From NCBI RefSeq assembly GCF_009914755.1, contig NC_060945.1: a stretch of 64,000 bases of DNA; one strand, written 5' to 3'. Made by a program: the position numbers and the translations under genes. Numbering within the stretch: position 1 is the first letter of the stretch; each line of letters starts with the position of its first letter. The notes under the pieces are model-generated. The model worked only from the letters and a program-made list of their open reading frames with translations. It ran no database searches and was not told the origin of the DNA. Below are positions 59,960 through 64,000 of the stretch, piece after piece. Source of the DNA: the human T2T-CHM13v2.0 reference genome, Homo sapiens.

Positions 59960-60017
59960 GGTTCGTTTGGTAGAACGGGGTTCTCCGCACAGCCTGCCAT
60001 TGATGGAGTCTGGAAAG
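59960..60017 (+). CDS. DIP2A: DIP2A exon ~34, (R)VRLVERGSPHSLPLMESGK
   Basis: ttttag|GGTTC...AAAG|gtagtg. Confidence 0.96.
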
Positions 60018-62069
60018 GTAGTGGAAACCAAGACGCGTGCATTCTGAGTCGCGTCTGAGACCTTTGTCTGAAGCATCACCCCGTGGAGGGTGCTGGGGGC
60101 TGCGGCTCTGATGAACACAGGTCGACTTCTGGTTGGGGTGGGCTCGGCTGCTGCAGAAGTCTCCTTCCCTCCTTTGTGGCTGGTATATAGAATTACTTAG
60201 TTATGTTTTTAAACACACATCTGAGCTCAAAGCCAAGAAAGGGAGAAGTTCAGGTGCAGGAATAAAGAACTCCCGCTGGGTGGGTGGCAGGCCTCAGGCC
60301 TCTGGGGCCAGGGCCATGGAGGGGGGTTCCGGCCCACCCACACATTTAGAGTTAAATGGAGTGGCCCTGGCCCTAAGTTGGAGATGGCAAAATCTCATGC
60401 CCTAGTTTAGGGTGTCAGCAGGGAAGAGGCCCCCAGACCCTGTCGGGGATCTGGGGGATCCTGAGATGGCCCGAGGACTCCCAGGAAAAAACTGAGATGC
60501 TGCAAGAGGTCAGCAGACATAGGCACAGAACAGCATCCTCTGAACCAGGAAGGGTTCAAAGGAAGGAGGAAAAGCCACACAGCCCAGGAAGGCAGCATGA
60601 AGAGTAAGCCAGGCTTGATATGAGTCGGGGACCCTGGTGCCTTCACAACCGCAGAGGCAAGAGAAGGAGCTTGGCCACCCTGACTCCGTTCACTGCCATG
60701 GCCACAGCCACCTGTGGGGAGTCAGAGAGGGGTCCAGAGAGGGACCCAGCCAAGCCATGTGATGTCCAGGATACAGACTCCTGCAGGGCAGCAGGGGTGA
60801 GACTGCGGACAGAAGGCACAGCTGCTGTGAGGGTCTCGAGGTGGGAGCTACAGGGAGGCCAGTGGGACTGGGCTGAGTGTGGGGAGCAGAAGGAGTGCGT
60901 GAGTGAGTGAACTCACATGCAGGTGCAGGGGCTTGAAAAGCTCCCTTCCCATGTCCCCTGTTACAGTCACTTCAGGCGGTAGACCAGCCGAGAGTGGAGT
61001 CGGGTGAGCTTAGTGGACAGCACATCTGTGGGAGCCGTGGGCTGCTGCACGTCCTCCCTTCTCTGAGCACAGGGACATGTGAGCCGCCATCGCACACAGC
61101 TCTGCATCATCCTTGGTGTAAACTCAGCGGGTTTCCCTGGGTCATGGGGCCTCCACGTCGCTCTTTTCCCTGCCCTGCCATGTACAGCCGCACTGTAATT
61201 GTTTAGCTCACCCCCTTTTATTGGACGTTCTTTCCTATTTTGCTGTTACAATCACTTGGGCCTGATAGGTTTGTGTCCTGGAAAGAGCTCTGGTTTTGGG
61301 GCTCAGCTGGGACATGCAGGGAGAAGATGGAGGCTCCAACAGCATCTGGGGAAACAGAACAGTCCCACTCCGCCGGGGAGGGTCTGGCGGTAACCGTAGC
61401 TCACACCTCCCTGTGGCCCGTCGTCCCCTCCTCTTGCCTGCCCTGAGCCTGCAGTGTCATTGCCCCCATTTCATACGTGAGGAAACTGAGGACACAGAAC
61501 AAGCATCCAGGCCTTGTGCAGTCAGGTGGTCTGACCTGAGCCCAGTGAGGGAACACTGGGACCGGGCCTGGGAGGCCAGGTAAGAGATGGTGGCCTCTTG
61601 CCGTCCTGAATTGGCACAGAGCCAGTGCTCAGTGGTTGGACTGACTCGGAGTCACGGGCAGGAAGAACTTCCTCATGGTCAGGTTCCTGGCCAAGAACTA
61701 GGACAGACATGTGCCTCCTGCAGGGCTGGGCACAGCAGGGTCACTGCACCCCTGGATGGATGCCCATCAGGTGCGCTGGCATCACCTGGCTGATTGTCTT
61801 TGTAGGCTTAGTGACCCTCTGCCCCTCCTGACACCCAGAGACGGGATCCCTTCTCAGGAACTGGAGTCATTTTGCTTATTTCTATTAACATCTCTTATTT
61901 CTTTCAAAATTCAAAGTCAAATTTGGAGCGGCCTCTAAACTTCCTGACCTGACATAAGCACATCAGTCCTGCAGGCCAGCTTCTGAGGGACGTTATTTTA
62001 ATGTCACTGAATCAAGAGAGTCTCGTGTCATGTTTTCTTTAACAAGGGACATAGCTCTCCTCCTTCCAG

Positions 62070-62144
62070 ATCCTCCCCGGCGTGAAGGTCATCATCGCAC
62101 ACACCGAGACCAAAGGACCCTTGGGAGACTCACACCTGGGAGAG
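62070..62144 (+). CDS. DIP2A: DIP2A exon ~35, ILPGVKVIIAHTETKGPLGDSHLGE
   Basis: ttccag|ATCCTC...AGAG|gtgagc. Confidence 0.96.
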
Positions 62145-63924
62145 GTGAGCAGGGGCCCATGGGAGGGGCTTGAGCTCTCCAGCCTCACCAGCTTCACCTT
62201 CCTTCCCTTTTTGCTTCAGATTTTGGAATTCTAAACTTGCCTTTGGGAATCTACCAGAAACCATTTGGCCCTTGCCCCGTGTACCTCCCAGACCCAGTTC
62301 CTATGTAGGATTTTGGGGTACTGTGGGACAAACTGCCTCATCCCTAGGTTGACCTAACCAAGAGAGGGGAACCCCTAGGTTTGAGGGCACTGACAGGTGA
62401 GAGGAGCTGCACAGGAACCAGTGGCAGTGTGGAAAACAGCTACCTTGTGCAGGACCCAGCAGCTGCTACGTAAACGTGGTCCCTGGCACCCAGGCAGGAG
62501 CACAGACACGGGGAACTGGCAATAGGGAACTCTGCACCAGAAGAGTTCAGGGCCTCCACCTGCAGCTGGGAGGTTTGGGGAGCTCAGAGCCCTTGTCCTG
62601 AGGACACAGTGGAGGGTGCGGGTCTCCCTGAGAACACAGAGGCTATACAGGAATCCGTTGGGTTGAAATGTCTACATGTATTGCACGTACATCTTGCTGT
62701 AATTTGGGACAGGCATGACTCATTATTTACAGGCAGTGGTGGCAGCTTGACGTGCAGTCCCGAATGTGCAGATTGATCTGTTGTCATGGGAGCATAAGGA
62801 CTCACGTTCCTAGTCCTATCCTCTTGGGGAATGTGCTGTCAAATTGATGTCTTCAAACCAGGCGGGCACAGGCATCATTTGTGAGCTCTGCTGTGAAGCC
62901 AGACTGGGGGCTTCCAGCAAGCCGTGCCCAGAGGGAAATCACTCAGCCTCAGCTGGCTTCTCCTGACTGGGACAAGGGTGTGAGCGTGCGGGCCCTCAGG
63001 TGGTCTTACCGTGTCCTGATGGGAAGGTGTCCTGGGTCCCAACCCTGAGTGTGGCTGGTGTGAGGGACCCTCCCCTCAACCGTCCCACTTCCTGCACAGC
63101 CAAACCCAGGTCTGTAAGTCAAGGGTGTACCCCCAAGAAATGGAGAGTCTGAGCCAGGCATGGTGACCCACCCTTGTGGCAGATGCTCAAGGGAAACGCC
63201 CCTATTGGCCACCCCGTTCTCCTCTTTCAGACGCTGCCATGCAGGGGCGTCTTAGAGCCAGTCGAACTGACCGTGGGTTCTGGACGGACTCTCTCTAGAA
63301 GGGCCCCATGACACTTGGTCCTGCAGGCACAGGCCTCTGGTCCCTTGGTCTCTGCATGGATGCACAAAATGCTTACGTGTGTAGATATGAGGGTGCACAC
63401 AAACACGTGGACAGGTGGATACACACACGTGAACACGGATAGCGGACGCACACACACGCGCGTGGGGCTGACGTTAACCCTGGGATGTGCCGTCTGTTTT
63501 CAGGGCCTCTGTCTTACTGTGAGTCTGAGCAGCTGCACGCTCTCCACTCTGTAAGAACCCTCATTCCTTCAGCCTGTCCCTGTTGTGGAATGTGGGTTGC
63601 TCCCGGCCCTCTCTTATTACCAACAATAGTTGGATGTGAGGAAGGTGGAATTGCCCCTCTCGACTTACCCACGTAGGATAGAGTCCTACAGATGACATTC
63701 TTGGGTCAAAGGAAGAAACACAGTATTTAAGGAGAGAAAAGTTCTGTTTGCTTTCTGTGCCTGTAATTTAACTTAGTTCATAAAATAAGAGACAATGAAT
63801 ATTATCCGCCCCGACTTCGTTCAGTGTTTTCTGGAGCATTATTCTTGGCCAGTGGATGTCTCGTGACAGAATCTGAACTCGGTGGTTGGTAACACATCAC
63901 ATTCTTGTCCTCTGGGCCCACCAG

Positions 63925-64000
63925 ATCTGGGTAAGCAGCCCCCACAATGCCACCGGGTACTACACCGTTTACGGGGAGGAGGCGCTTCATGCCGACCACT
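63925..64000 (+). CDS. DIP2A: DIP2A exon ~36, partial (runs off window), IWVSSPHNATGYYTVYGEEALHADH...
   Basis: caccag|ATCTGG; continues the GE|IWV motif. Confidence 0.95.
   Translation, partial: MWVSSPHNATGYYTVYGEEALHADH

Overview
Primate genomic DNA, almost certainly human chr21q22.3, covering the internal part of DIP2A (disco-interacting protein 2 homolog A) on the + strand. I reconstructed 31 coding exons by hand (about exons 6-36; numbering inferred from recalled gene structure; the last exon is cut by the window edge). All splice phases join in frame. The exons encode the two tandem fatty-acyl-AMP-ligase-like adenylation domains (FLD1 and most of FLD2). The first 28 kb is AT-rich and packed with repeats: about 28 Alus, old L1 fragments, an MLT2A solo LTR, a truncated MER41B provirus, Tigger4a, LTR16, MER3 and a U6 retrocopy. 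The remaining 36 kb is more GC-rich and exon-dense, with a full-length 7SL retrocopy, MER20 and several local tandem duplications. Almost all ORFs in the supplied track are Alu or random artefacts. I found no evidence for a new standalone biological system. The most interesting signals concern splicing and regulation: (i) a 30-nt in-frame candidate microexon (PNRLGKLAEQ) behind a ~110-nt AG-free tract, inserting at the base of the FAAL-specific insertion of FLD2; (ii) a GC-AG donor opening the 17.5-kb intron; (iii) three consecutive exons whose intron read-through would give FLD1-only truncated proteins; (iv) a MER41B LTR retaining a perfect STAT1 GAS site; (v) inverted Alu pairs tightly bracketing single exons.
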